A stretch of 64,000 nt of DNA from the NCBI GenBank assembly GCA_004022145.1, contig RCNU01000009.1; one strand, given 5' to 3'. A program made the translations under genes and the position numbers. Shown one piece after another: positions 12,853-26,018 of the stretch (position 1 is its first letter; each line of letters starts with the position of its first letter). This DNA is from Paecilomyces variotii. Taxonomy: Eukaryota. The notes under the pieces were generated by a model. It saw nothing but the letters and a program-made list of their open reading frames with translations. It was not told the DNA's origin and ran no database searches.

Positions 12853-12888
<36 letters not shown>
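12853..12888 (+). repeat. Poly(A) tract, 36 nt
   Basis: Uninterrupted A run between the two convergent genes. Confidence 0.95.
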
Positions 12889-12889
<1 letters not shown>

Positions 12890-13068
12890 AAGGAAAGCCT
12901 ACAGATATGGGTTGACATATGATATGTGAAATAGGCGCCAAAAAAGGAACAAATAATGAAAAGAGAAAAGCCTAGAAAAAAAAATGAGTCGAGATGCATG
13001 TATCTTTAGGTGAACATTCACCACTCCAGCTGTGATAGCTGAGATAGTTGAGCGCAGCTCACTTCAAA

Positions 13069-14431
13069 TCAAATCTCCACTTCATCAATATCATAAACCA
13101 GATCCTCCGGATTAGAAATAAACGTCACCTGCTTGCCTATCGCCTTCGACGCTAGAATTCCCGCCCACATCACCCACTCCTTCGCCCATAAACCCCACGG
13201 ACCAGTCTGCTTTCTTCTCTCCCCATTCCGCGCTGCAGTCTCGTAGATCCGATCAATCCTCGGTCTCCTCACGCGCTCAAACTTCTCAAAGACCTCACTC
13301 AAAGAAGTATCACCACCCTCACCATCCTTCAATAACCTCGAGAGCAAAAACACATCTTCCACCGCCATCGACACCCCCTGTCCAGCATGCGGCTGCATCG
13401 CATGTGCCGCATCACCCATCAACAAGCATCGACCACGAAACCACCTCCCCCCCAACGGGAGTCGATAGACAGGATAAAAAGACACAGAACTAGTCCCATT
13501 CACAGCCTGCGTTAGCACCTCGCCCCATTTCCCATGCACATCCTTCAAAACACCATCAAGCAACATGTTCTTAAAACTCTCAACCTCCTTCTTGCGATGT
13601 TCCTCCCATCCATCTCGCGTATCTCCCGATTCAGGAAGTGGCACTTTCCGCGAAAAGACGAAAAACAACTCATCTCCAGCTGCAGTGCAGGGTACGAGAG
13701 CAAATGCTCCTTCAGTCGTAAGTGACACGTTGATGGCTTGTAATGATTCATGGCTCTCAGCTGAAAGAGCACTTGTCGGTAAGATTACGCACGTGCCGGA
13801 AACTCCTGAATATTCAGGCTGACATGATGGGTCGACGTATTGCGTTCGTACAGCGGAGTGAATCCCATCGCAGCCTAGAAGCAGGTCTGCGGAGTCGGTT
13901 GTCCCGTCGGAAAAAGTCACTGTGATGCTGCTGTTGCTCTTCGTATCTTCTTCGTCGTCCTCGGTGATAGTGACTATTTTCTTCCCGAAATGGATCGGGA
14001 TATTCATCTCCGATGCAGTATGGAGGAGTACATCCATGAGTTCAACCCGTTTGATGCGCATGAGGCTGAATCCAGTCTTCTGTCGAACTTCTTCTGGTAT
14101 AACGTCGGCTTCGACGACGCCGCCGCCTTGTGCGAAATGGAGACGGAATCTAGACGCCACTGAACCTTTGGTCGAGAGAGCGTTGTAGAGACCGAGACGG
14201 TCGAAAAGACGCAGTCCATTTGATGGGATGCCTATCGCACCGCCTAGTGTGGTTGGGACTGGTCTGAGTTCATACACGGTGCATGAGATGTTGTTGTGTT
14301 TGGTTAGGCGGATTGCTGCTGCGATACCAGCAGGGCCGGCGCCGATGATGATGGCCTTTTGGATATTGTTAGATTTTGACGTGGGATTATGCTCGTGAGC
14401 AGGGAGGACATACTTTCTTGATCTCTGGCAT
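13069..14431 (-). CDS. FAD-dependent monooxygenase (salicylate hydroxylase-like, group A flavoprotein)
   Basis: ATG 14431 (MPEIKK), short GTATGT...AG intron, then AIIIGAGPAGIAAA. DG motif 'LLGCDGIHSAVR' and GD motif 'LMGDAAHAMQPHAGQGVSMAVED'. Confidence 0.92.
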
Positions 14432-15610
14432 TTTGGGGGGTTGTTTTGTAGTCAGTGTATGGCGTATGTGAGTAGGATGTTCAAGTATGATGTACTGTAG
14501 CTATATTAAATATGGTAATGTCGCACATGTACTGTATAAAGTAAAAGTATCATTCAGCCTACTCTTCTAAGCAGAGCAGATCTTCCTATTTAAATTCCAA
14601 AAGCAAGTAATTTAATCTGATGGAACTAGGCATAAATAGTTGTTCTAGCTCAGCTCCATGGCGGTCCGCGGCCCGCGGGAAGCTTGACTCGGATCAAGGG
14701 GCCAACTAGTAACTACCTGAGATACTGTACAACATGGCCCATTGGTTACTGCGCACAATGACACCACTGTCGATCTTTTTCTGTACGGCGATGGTTCCTT
14801 TATTCATTATTATCACTATCTTTTATGCTAAGAATCGACATGCGGATACGCGTCCCTCATAGACGCTCGTCAGGGACACATCCACATGATTGGAGCGCAT
14901 CATGAACCCATATCCACTGATGGCGCTAGGCTAACAGTGATGATGATACAGCAACCTGAGCTATCTTCCCATCGCTCACATCCAATTGGATCGTCTATTC
15001 CTAGGCACAAAATGTCCCCGTCTTTCAAGGCTGTGGCGATATTGGAATACAAGTCATCTATGGTTCTCTTTGGTTCATCTTTCTCACCTTGACTCAATAT
15101 GGATATCTCGGGTCCGAGGGCGTTTCTAATTATGGTTAGACCGCAGTATATCGGGCCCGAAACTGCCCGAAAAGAACGGGTTCGAGCTCTTCCGAATAAC
15201 CTCAATCTCGTCCCGACGGCGGGAATGGCGGATCTGCACGACGAAACTAATAACGGTGGGCGTCACTAGTGCACGCTGCCACTGGCTATGTCCTCTAGAT
15301 CTTTTGGACTAGCATATCTTGGAGTAGGTTCTCGCAGCAAGCTCTGCATGGTCTGATTCGTTGGAGCGCATCATCAACCCCAAGTCCATAGGCAGCAAGT
15401 TGTGCGTTGTTTGCAAGATCAGTATATTGTTGATGACATATAAAGAACACTGTCTGATTTCTTTTGGTGTGCCCTTCACTCTACAATATTCAGACAGCAT
15501 CATTTGCGACTGCGCGACGTGAGCTGTGCTTGCAGATATCGTGCAAACAGTCTATTTTGTATTTTATTGTTCTTCAGAGGAGCGGCTGTCTTGTTGAAAG
15601 CCTACCTAAT

Positions 15611-16237
15611 ATGTCTGTACCAAAGGTCCCAAGGATCGGCCTCATAGTGGGCAGCCAGCGCGTCCCTCGCGCATGTCTTCAGATCAGTGAGATGGTCCTC
15701 AAGACCATACAAGATACCAACCCCTCAGCAGCCCTTTCTCTCATCGACCTCCTTGAATGGGACCTGCCCATGTTCAATGAGCCCGGGGTGCCTTCGCAGA
15801 TCACCTCCCCAGACCAGTATACTCATCCTCACACTCAGCGCTGGTCGAAAGAGATCGCATCCTACGACGCATTCATCTTCGTCACACCACAATATAACTG
15901 GGGCTACCCGGCGGCTCTCAAGAATGCCATCGACTATCTCTACAACGAGTGGAAAGGCAAACCCGCCATGATCGTGAGCTATGGCGGACACGGAGGCGGC
16001 AAGGCAGCCGCCCAGTTAAAGCAGGTCCTGCACGGATTGCACATGCGACCGACAGAGCGGGCCGTTGAATTGACATTTCCTGACAGAGAGTATCTGGTAA
16101 AAGCGGCCACCGGACAGAGTTTGGGATTATTATCGGATGTTGAAGGCCAGGACAAACTGTGGGATGAGGAGCGCAAGCACATTGTTGAGAGTTTCGAGGA
16201 ACTGCTTTCATTGTTGAGGCACCCACGAGATAACTAG
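15611..16237 (+). CDS. NAD(P)H-dependent FMN reductase / quinone reductase (flavodoxin-like, Lot6-type)
   Basis: GSQR phosphate-binding loop, 'DAFIFVTPQYNWGYPAALKNAIDYL', 'VSYGGHGG'. Confidence 0.92.
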   Translation: MSVPKVPRIGLIVGSQRVPRACLQISEMVLKTIQDTNPSAALSLIDLLEWDLPMFNEPGVPSQITSPDQYTHPHTQRWSKEIASYDAFIFVTPQYNWGYPAALKNAIDYLYNEWKGKPAMIVSYGGHGGGKAAAQLKQVLHGLHMRPTERAVELTFPDREYLVKAATGQSLGLLSDVEGQDKLWDEERKHIVESFEELLSLLRHPRDN

Positions 16238-16334
16238 TTGATCATAGATACCTAGGAATAGATTATTATTCTCCCGGGCGAGCAACCAATTTCCAGTAGA
16301 ATTCAATATCCACGAAGCAAAGCACTAGACCTTC

Positions 16335-17996
16335 TCATATGTCAAACGTCTGGCCTTGATTAAAGACGCGGCCGATTGACCAGATCTGGCGCATTCCAAA
16401 TTCAAGAGGCTTTGCGGCTACTCTTGAACTCTGCCGCACAGAATCGAATGATGTGCGCACAGTTTCTTGTCGCTGCGCGGTAATGTCGGGGTCAACGGCA
16501 GCAGCAGACCCATTATGTCCTCCCAGCGATCCTGCTGTGAGTGACAACAGCAGCTCGTCAAGTCTAATCAAGACAGAGTTGGAGATGCAGTCCAAGACAC
16601 CGAAGAGAACCTCAGGGTATCTGGGGATGCCAAGATTGGATTGCAAATCGGATGGTGGCACGGCCTTCGTAGACGCGTTGGCTAGAGGCCTATGTGCTAA
16701 AAGCGATGGTTCAAATTCCTCAATGTACCATCTCTCAATGCTCTGCTTCATCGAGACGGCACGGTATATGACATGATCACGTTGCCTTTCTAGTTCGGAT
16801 TTGCGGCACAAACCACTGGCTTCCAGCATTGACAGCTTCGACGCCTCCGAAAGCAAGTCCGGACCGTCCACAAGTAGATCACAGAGCTTCGAACGTAGGG
16901 ACAGACTTGGAGGCCCTTTACTGATAGGAAATACTGCCGGACTCTGGAGCAACTGGCGCCATTGCAATTGCGAGAGAAAACACTCTTGGCCTTCACTCAT
17001 ATCTAACATTATCTAGATATAAATTAGCATGATAATCCCATTTTCAATAGAAAGAACATTGCACCACTCACAAACCAAGCTCGCTGCGACTCAAGCAGGG
17101 CGCGTTCAAAAGGAGCAGCACACCTCTCGGGTCCGCAATCTCGTATAAGGACTTTTGTACCTCTGGACAGATGACTCCATCTCCCATTATCTGCATTCAT
17201 TACCAGCTGCGATGACGCCAGTTAGGAACCAGCGTTCAGTACACATCAAACCAAAGGGGACCATACCTCACACAATTGCAGAATGACAGATGCGCAAATA
17301 GTTTCGGACTCCAAACGCTTCCGCTCATCATCAAGGCACTCTCTAAGACATCTTAGACTGCTCATATACCGGCGGATGGCGGTTTCCGAGATCGTCGAAT
17401 TGCCAGTGAAAACATCGATAAAAAGACCGCATAAGCACGACACGGAAGCGTCAAGAGCAACATTGTGGCCGATACGACTGGGTATGAAGCTGAAATAGTC
17501 ACCATGGGAATTAATGGGGAATAGTCCTTGGCTCTTCGGATCTTCTATGATGTAGACAAGCAGAGAGCCACTTCGGTCGTGCTCGGAGGTTAGAGGCCAA
17601 GGTATGTTGAGCCTGAATGTACCGAAACCTGCCGATGTCGAGAGCTTTCCGTATGGCCACAAATATAGATCATTATAATCTGGGTTCCAATCTTCAACAG
17701 TACTTGGCACTGTATCAACTTCCTCGAAGATGTAACTCTTCTTCTGATAATAAGAAGCCAGTTGCTGGTTCTCGTTGATAAACTTCCAACGTCTCGCATA
17801 GCCAGGACATGGCCATCCTGCGGCCAAACAAGCCTGGCATTGAGGACGTTCCTCTCCGCACTTAACTCATACCTTTCAGTACGTGATATGCTTATAGGGT
17901 CGTGCTTATCTTTGCAAAGCATCGATGAACGTCACTCACCTTTTTCTTCCGTACCCGACAATTATCGCACCCTGTACTCCTCGGGGTTCCTACCAT
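16335..17996 (-). CDS. Zn(II)2Cys6 transcription factor
   Basis: ATG 17996: MVGTPRSTGCDNCRVRKKK | intron | CGEERPQCQACLAAGWPCPGY. Downstream exons lie within ORFs 17246-17827 and 16335-17009. Confidence 0.85.
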
Positions 17997-18588
17997 GTTA
18001 TGAACGGGCTCGTCATCTCCGACAGCAATCTCGGACTATCTGAATTTACTGAAAATTCACAAGGAAAGTGCCTAATAGGCAGTTTGGGAGTTTGCACGAG
18101 AGTCTTCAAGTCGGTGACACCCGTCAGAATCGCTAAGCCAAATTCGGATCTCAGTGTGGGGACAGAGCAGGTTCTACCAATGAGATCAAGTATGTACAGT
18201 TCTACCTACACTGTTGTTCTACCAAGATCAATAGTTTTGAAGAAAAACTGCCTGGGGCTTTGCTTTAGGATGTCTGTCAGAAAAGTTAGATCTGCGTTCT
18301 GTTGTACGCATAATGTACGCGGGTGGCCTTCATGTTCGTAAATATGCTTGGTTTTTCATTAACTACCTAACCTAAGGTAGGCATTATGCTATTAAGCCAG
18401 CGTGAGAACAAGATCCAAGGAGAGAGTCAAGGAAACTCTTGGCGTGCATATCAATCTAAAATATAGCACCTGAAAATAGATGAATCAAATGGGCAAGGAA
18501 ATCGTCATTATCATCCGTCCAAACCAGAAAACAGATCGAAAACAACCATAGGTGAAGAAGAAGACAGGGAAAATAAAAAAGTTCGCTC

Positions 18589-19869
18589 TCAATCCATCCT
18601 TATCCTCAAAACTGAACTGGCAGGTTCCTTGTCTATCTGTTCAGTTTTGAAGTCTGATAGTTCCAGGCCCTTGATATGGATGGAGTTAACCATTCTGACC
18701 ATTCTGGAACCCAAATCGGGAGCCTTGCACTTGCATTTGCGTCCAATGCAACCCCCAATCTTCATACTTCCGCATTTCTTGATCTTCCGTAGAATGTCCT
18801 TTATGTTTCCATTTCTCTCATACGGAGACATTCCGACGGCATCCATGGTCTCCCCGAGAGCTAGCCATCTTGCTGCTCGACATTCCGTGGTGCTCAGTCT
18901 GGTAGATTCTTCTTGAGAGGCGGGAATATGACCTTGTTTCAAAATGTATGTTCCAATATCTTGTATTCCTTGATAGATTTTCGATAGGTGCTCCTCGCGG
19001 ATCTTTTCGATTTCATCTGCCGGAGTGATAAGTTCTCTATCAGTCCCAGGGATGAAGTACACGCTTCCTCGATCCTGCCACTATTATATAGGTATGCACT
19101 TACCACAAAGCCGATCAATATTCAACGGCGCCCCCACCCTCTGAGCAAACCTTCTGATCCAAGTCAGTGACCAAGTCGAATTCTCGATAATGACCTCGCT
19201 CGCTCCACGGAATGCGATGTTATTTCCGAGAAGAGAGCTCATCACCAGAATCTTTACTGTCGCTTCCATATCAGTGGAATTAATCCACTTCTGCGTTCGA
19301 TAAAGGTAACAATCGAATCTATCGACGACCAGGCGAAGACAGTCGTACTTCTGGGCGAGTATGATCGTCTCCCAAACTGAGTCGAGACTGCGCGACACGA
19401 CGGAATCGGACTTGGTTTCTCGGTGGTGTATGATCTCGCAGAGCTCCTTCATGGCTTCTGCGTTGTCTTCTGGAAGATAGATCTCCGTTTTGATTCCAGA
19501 GGTTACATTCTCTCGCAGGCGGTGCGCCTCCTCAAAGCCCCCTGTGAACATGGTTTGAAAGACAAGAGATCCCGATGCGAGGAACGATGATGAGACTTGA
19601 AGCTTCATTTTCGTCGGTTCATTCGTATCTGGGCAGATCATGTTAAGGACCAGTATTATATCGCCGTTGGGATCGGTCTTGTGATAGTTGGAGTCGGTTG
19701 GCTCGGGAAATGGCATCCCACTCTCGTCCATGCTGGTATGTTCAACAGCATTGTCCTCTGGGACCTGGTCCATCGCGTCTCCCGCGAAATAACTTTCAAG
19801 CGTCTTTTGGAAGGGACACGATATGTAGTCTTCGTCTGGGATGGAAACAGGATATTCGCTCTTTTCCAT
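18589..19869 (-). CDS. BTB/POZ domain protein
   Basis: 'DPNGDIILVL...LQVSSSFLASGSLVFQTMFTGGFEEA...LPEDNAEAMKELCEIIH...LAQKYDC'. An intron near 19.07-19.10 kb joins it to ORF 18589-19062. Confidence 0.82.
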
Positions 19870-20755
19870 CTTTGGTGATATGTTTAGGGAGTAGTGGTTC
19901 TGGAATAAAGGGTGTGGGAGTACGACAGATAGGAGAAGTTAACGGTTTTGGCTTCTGTCTGAAATGGATTTGGTGGTAAAGAAGTAAGTAACGAGTCTCT
20001 GGTGAATCTATAGAGATAGTTCAGGAAGGGCCAGTGGGATCATGTGTGCATCTGACGTTCAAATGATAAGAGCATTCGTGCTGTTAAAGTATTAGTGAAG
20101 AGTTATCCGAGAAGCAGAGACACTCGAGAATGATATGATCCAGTACTAGAGAAGTAGTAGATGGTCTGGAACTATATGGTATAGCTGAATCGTGGAGAGA
20201 AGGCTAAAAAGTGATGGAAGGTCGAATAATTTGCTTAAGATAGCAAATTGGAATGTGCAAGGCGACATGCAGAGCCAGGTATGAGTAGGGTTGCGAGTAT
20301 TGGCCACCAGGAGCCTTCATAATAACGACACAGATTGTCACTTCCTGATCTGCAACGGGTAAGGTATTGGTTTCAAGTTTGAGTGATTAATGAGTCCCGG
20401 GTCGATTCATTTTCGGTGGTATCAATATTTCAAGCGCGACCCAGAGGCTTGTAACGGCTTATAAGCTACATTTGACAACATCTTCAGGTGGACAGATCAG
20501 TTTGGAGATAGGTTTCAATGGCGTATCAGCACAAAGTCAAGGAAATGCTTGCATAGCAATCGAGAAGCTACATCAAATAAAAAAAATAACAACTACTATC
20601 ATTACCTCGACTACTGTGCGCATAAATCTTCATGGGAAAACTCTTTAAAATCACAGTCGGTGGGTTTTCATTATGGAAGTACAGATGCTAAATCTGAGGT
20701 CATCATATCTCATATTCATAAAAGTACATGTATAGCTCCGAAGAGTGTAGCCAGA

Positions 20756-23066
20756 TCAATATGTCTGCCACACCTGACCGTTAATTGCAATCAGGCGATT
20801 GAAGAGGTAGTCTCTTGACTTCATAGCGGTGACATGATAGGATCGTTGCGGGTCTGGGCCACTAAGGATCAAGCCATCGATGACTTCTTTGTGCCTTTCT
20901 GCCCATCCGACGAGGAGTTTTCCTTTCCATCCAATACCTCCGACTTTCTTCAGTTCCTGAATATCATCGATAGGCATCGAAAAGAGAACTTCTTTCTCGC
21001 TCTTCTTGTTCTGGTCAAACTGTTCAGATTCTGATACTGGCTTGGTGGTGAAATAAACAACGGCTGGCTTTTTGGATGTATCGACGACGATCGCCCCACG
21101 TTTGCCCTTATATCTAGCCTCGAATTCGACAGGCCCGCCAGGCGCCGGCTGTTGACCCTTTAGGGAGAGGACACCAATATGATTCTTTGCGTTCTTGGAA
21201 CCAACAGCAGCCCTTGCACGGTCCACAGCAAGCTTAGTCTCCATGCTCTTGGCAGTAGTTCCTCTGATGAATGCTACAACTGACGACATGAATCCCTTCT
21301 TCTGCTTGCCTCCCTGTTGCGATTTCTGGTCGTTTCCAGATCCAGTGATTTGTTTGGCCTCGGCTGTTTGTCCAGTTGCGGCTTGTTCAATCTCGTGGTG
21401 CGAAGCGTCCAAAGGAATTTCCTCCTTGTTCAGTGAAGCAGGCCGCGATGGGGCCCTTTCCAGCTCGGAGCCAGGAGGAGGTGGGAGTGGAGCACCATTC
21501 GCTTCGCCGATTCGAAGAAGAGTAATCGCAAGCTGAGCATTGGTGGGAATCCCCTTGAGAAGTGTGCTGTATTTATGTTAGATTTACGATCTAGATCAAG
21601 TCCAGTAGCATGGTATATTGACTTACTTTCGCAACTCCAGGAGTTTTTCCCAGTGCGGGAACCTGTGGTTCAACATCGTCATACCGCGTCTGATGATCGG
21701 GTCTCCAAAGAAACCAAAGCCAACGAAGAATGTGCTCATCTTGACAAACACATAGCATGGTGTCACGAGAGAACCCAAGAAAGCAGGGAGCAGGACTCCT
21801 GCTAACTGTAGGGGAGCATATTTAGAGAATGGCGGCTTTGGAGAAAGTGCGCTATGATAACAGTCAGTAACTGTCCATTCAAGTGTGTTCGATTGTAACA
21901 TACTTTTCAAACTTTTCCCAGGTATCACAGACATCGTTCAGAATACGCATGACTGGCTGCACCTTTTCCCAGACTTCTTTCTTCATTGGCTCCCTAGTCT
22001 TGTCGTGGGCATCAGATGGGACTGCGCCTTGACCAGCACTCGCTGCATCTGCCGACGAGGCAACAACATCCGTGGGGTCCGGTGCTGATCCTTCAATAGG
22101 ATCATCTTCTGGTGTCCCTTGATCATGTTTTCCAACAGCACTTCCCACGGCCACACTAGCTACACTGGAAACGAGGTTGCTGGCCTCTTGCTCGACAGCC
22201 TCCCCGCGATGCTTCTCTGGGGCACCCGTCACACTATCATGTGAGCCTAGTACTCCTGCCTTGGGAGTCTTAACCGATCCTGTCTTGGAGTCGACGAGAG
22301 CCAATGGAGCCGGAGGGAACAACAGTTTCCGGGAAGGCGGATACATGATCAAAACTAGGACTGTACCGAGGAGAGTAGGAGTCAGGAGGTCCAAGAGCCA
22401 GGCAAGAAAGTAGACCTAGAAAAGAGCAATTAGTCAGACGCAAAATATTAGAGTATCGCAGATAGTGTTCTACGTACCGCGCAAAATGCCGCCGTTCGGC
22501 GTGGCTCCCTCCAGGAGCGCAACCGCACTATATGCTTTCCCGCGGCAATGAGTGACACGATCACTGTGACATAAAGTCGCTCCAGCTTGCTTCTGAGCTT
22601 GTCCGGTGAAAACTCTTCATCGTCGGCTACGTTGAGATCAAGAGCAGCCATCGGGGGCTCTGGAACTGCTTTGACACGGTATATTTGCTGCCAATGGATC
22701 AGCCCTGCTTGTTGTGTGCTACACCGTGACTGACAAGTATATGCATACCTTATTGAAGCGTCTGATCAACATCCAGAGATCTTCGTTGGACCAGCCCGCA
22801 ACAAGGGGGCTGTCAACATCATCCGGTCGTCGATTCCATCCAACATCCGTCAAACCAGTCGTTGCTCCAGCTTTCTGTACGATGCCCTTTTCGTCCTGGT
22901 CAGGGTGGATTTGCTCCACCGCCAGCGCATGGCTGTCTGTCGGCATCGTATCCTGTACTGTCCCTCCTGGGGAAGCAGCAGCCATGGACGCTGCATTGTT
23001 GCTCTTGCTCTCATTGAGTGTGTCGCGTGGTATGGCCGCAGCCATCTCAGGCGGAGGAGTTGACAT
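20756..23066 (-). CDS. DUF3292-family membrane protein (multi-exon)
   Basis: Five spliceable ORF segments including 'LVAGWSNEDLWMLIRRFNK', 'EEFSPDKLRSKLERLYVTV', 'LRSWREPRRT' and 'ELKKVGGIGWKGKLLVGWA'. Family assignment is from memory. Confidence 0.75.
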
Positions 23067-23677
23067 ATTGTGTCCTGCAGATCACTCGTTGTACACCGGC
23101 AAATAGGACATTAAGGGTCCTACTAAGACGAGGATTGTATTTATAGAGACGTTCCCGGTCATAATATACCCATGCCCTGAGGAGTACCAAGGAGGCCTCC
23201 GTCTTGGCCATGATATGGTGGGTAATCGACGTCATCCCTCCCGTTGACATCCAAGATTCCAGTATGCCATTCGAATGGCCTGGTCGGCTGTCTTTTCTCT
23301 TTTTGCCAGATGCCATCGATCAAGACGTAAGATGCAATGGATCCACATGCGGTCATCTTGCAAATGCTGATCTGATATCAAGATCCCCTCATACCATAGT
23401 CGGACTTTATGGTAGACTCGATCTATTTTTGAAACTCGCGCTAACCCCAGTGGGCGGTGAGTGCGCTCTCACCCACGTGACCACGTGCCGCCAACGCGTG
23501 TATCGCCTCTTTATCCGCGAAGGCCCGTCGGTCTCTGTTCGATTAGAGCGCTCAGCTAGTAGATACGGTGCTCCATCTGCGTGGCTCGGCCGATGTCACG
23601 GAGAGATCCGTCGCATGGAGACTGTGCTAGCATGAGACCCCAATATAGATCCACATAGACTTGCTCACGATATCAGG

Positions 23678-25589
23678 ATGGCAGATACCTGCGCAAACCC
23701 TCTGTTGCTAGGGTGGATCAAGGAATGGCTGGAACAAGCCAGAGAGCGCAATAGCAAAGGATTCACTGTGTATGGTTGATACTCAGGCATATTCTCTATT
23801 TATCATGCACTGACTCGATTCCAGATACAAGAAAGCATATGATTCGATGAAAGCATGTCCTCTAGTTTTCAGCCATCCGTCTGAAGCACAGCAGCTCAAT
23901 GGCCTGGGTCCCAAATTATGTGAGCGTCTGACGGAGAAGTTAAAGGCATACTGTGAGCAGAATGGGCTCCCAATGCCAGAACCGCCGCACAAGGGTATAT
24001 CTGCTGTTTCCAGTTGTGAGTCCTGCTAACAGATAATAGCGAACAAGCGGCCCTCAGGAGAGAACTTACCAGATTCTGAACCGGTCAAGAGGCCTAAGAA
24101 AGCAAAGCCGTATGTTCCGGCCTTACGCTCTGGGCCATATGCTTTACTCATAGGCCTGGCAACTCTGAACGAGAATTCGTCCCAGAGCATGACCAAGGCG
24201 CAGCTCATCGAAGCAGCTCAGCCTTATTGTGACGCTTCTTTCACAGCTCCCAGTGATCCTACTAAGTTCTATACGGCCTGGAACTCGATGAAGACCCTCA
24301 TCCAGAAGGATCTAGTCTACGAGCACGGGCGACCGCTGAGGAAGTATGCTCTGACAGAAGAAGGGTGGGAGGTCGCCAAGAGGATTAAAAAGACTCTAGA
24401 AACGCGTCCCAATGAACCTGTCGCACCCAGCACAACCTTAAGAGCTGAGCAACCTATTAGGAATACAGCAACACCATCCGTCGCGCTGGACGAAGGCCCG
24501 GATATTGTACGGTTAGGGTCTGAATCGCGTCCGCCGTCACTGCCTACGGAATATCAAGCGACTGGTCCTCAGTTGGTACAGAATCCACCCACAAGAGCAC
24601 CTGGAGATCCTCGCGTCAGAACGATCGTTCTCCCTCCCGGAAGCTTCACCGTCCAGCTGGTTCTGGACACCCGTGAAGTCCGGACATCTACAGACAGAGA
24701 TTATATCTCCACCGAATTACGCAAAAAGGGCATCGTACCCCAAGTCCGTGCTCTGGAACTTGGCGACGCTATCTGGGTAGCAAAATGTCACGATCCTCAC
24801 TATTTATCCCGGTTTGGTGAGGAAGGCGACGAGATAATGCTGGATTGGATCGTGGAGCGGAAGCGGCTCGACGACCTCATCGGTTCCATCAAAGACGGAC
24901 GATTTCACGAGCAGAAATTCCGTCTCCGCCGTTCAGGGATGAAAAATGTCGTCTACCTAATCGAAGAATTCGCTATCACGCACGACTCAAGCCATCCTTC
25001 CGCGGCAAAGTACCAAGAGCTAGTATCATCAGCCATCGCGTCGACGCAGGTAGTCAATGGCTACTTCGTCAAAAAGACCCGAAATCTCGACGACTCAATC
25101 CGTTATTTGGCCCGTATGACCGCTCTTCTACGACGCATGTACGAACCACCTTCCGAAACAGCAACGAACGCATCTACCGCCGTGAACCCGCCCACTTCTC
25201 TCGCTTTCATGTCCAGTCACGACCTCTCCTCCGAGTCATACCTACCTACTCTCAACCGCCTTCGAACAGAAAACCCACACACCACTATTGCCATCACCTT
25301 CGTCACTTTCTCCGCCCTCACCTCAAAGTCCGACGTCCTATCATTGCGTGATGTCTTCCTGAAAATGCTCATGTGCACCCGTGGCGTGACGGGCGAGAAA
25401 GCTCTCGAGATCCAGCGACGGTGGAAAACACCGCGGGACTTCATCGAGGCATTCGAGGCGCTAGCTGATCCGAAGGAGAAGGAAGAAATGATCTCCGAGC
25501 GGATGAAGACAATTGTGGGGAGAAAGAAGATCGCGAAAGTGCTGAGTAAAAAGCTTGCGGAGATATGGGGAGAACCCGGTTCCGGTTGA
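23678..25589 (+). CDS. MUS81: Crossover junction endonuclease Mus81
   Basis: ATG 23678 MADTCANPLLLGWIKEW; N-terminal HhH; 'YVPALRSGPYALL' winged helix; ERCC4 nuclease motifs LDTRE, GDAIW and VERKRLDD, 'DGRFHEQKFRL'; two introns. Confidence 0.96.
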
Positions 25590-26018
25590 ATGATCATAGA
25601 GTGCTTTTACATTAACGAACGGTTACACTTAATAGACAACTACTTTGTCCCTCATCTACTCGATACGCAATGAGTGTAGCGATCACACTGGTTCCGGAAC
25701 CTCTCTTATTATGAACAAGTATAGTATCATTAATCAGACGATTCATACATATCCCCATTTGGGCTATTGTAGATAAATACATTAATACACCATATGGTAA
25801 CGATTCGTAGTAGTAAAAAGATGCCCAACGAAGACATTGATAATATGAACGCATAATCGCCCCCTACCACATAGCACGCCACTTTCCGTATGGGTATGAC
25901 GCATCGAAATTTGGATTTTATGCCACATCGTTATCATTATAGGCGTAAGACATTGAATATGCACAAAACAGCATTCAGGCCACGGGTGAAAGTTTCATGT
26001 GGAATTATGCCATTTCTT

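Noticed and set aside
23473..23488. Tandem CACGTG E-boxes (also near 10980-10996, 31243 and 58773)
   Set aside because: Common bHLH-type motif in fungal promoters; not unusual.
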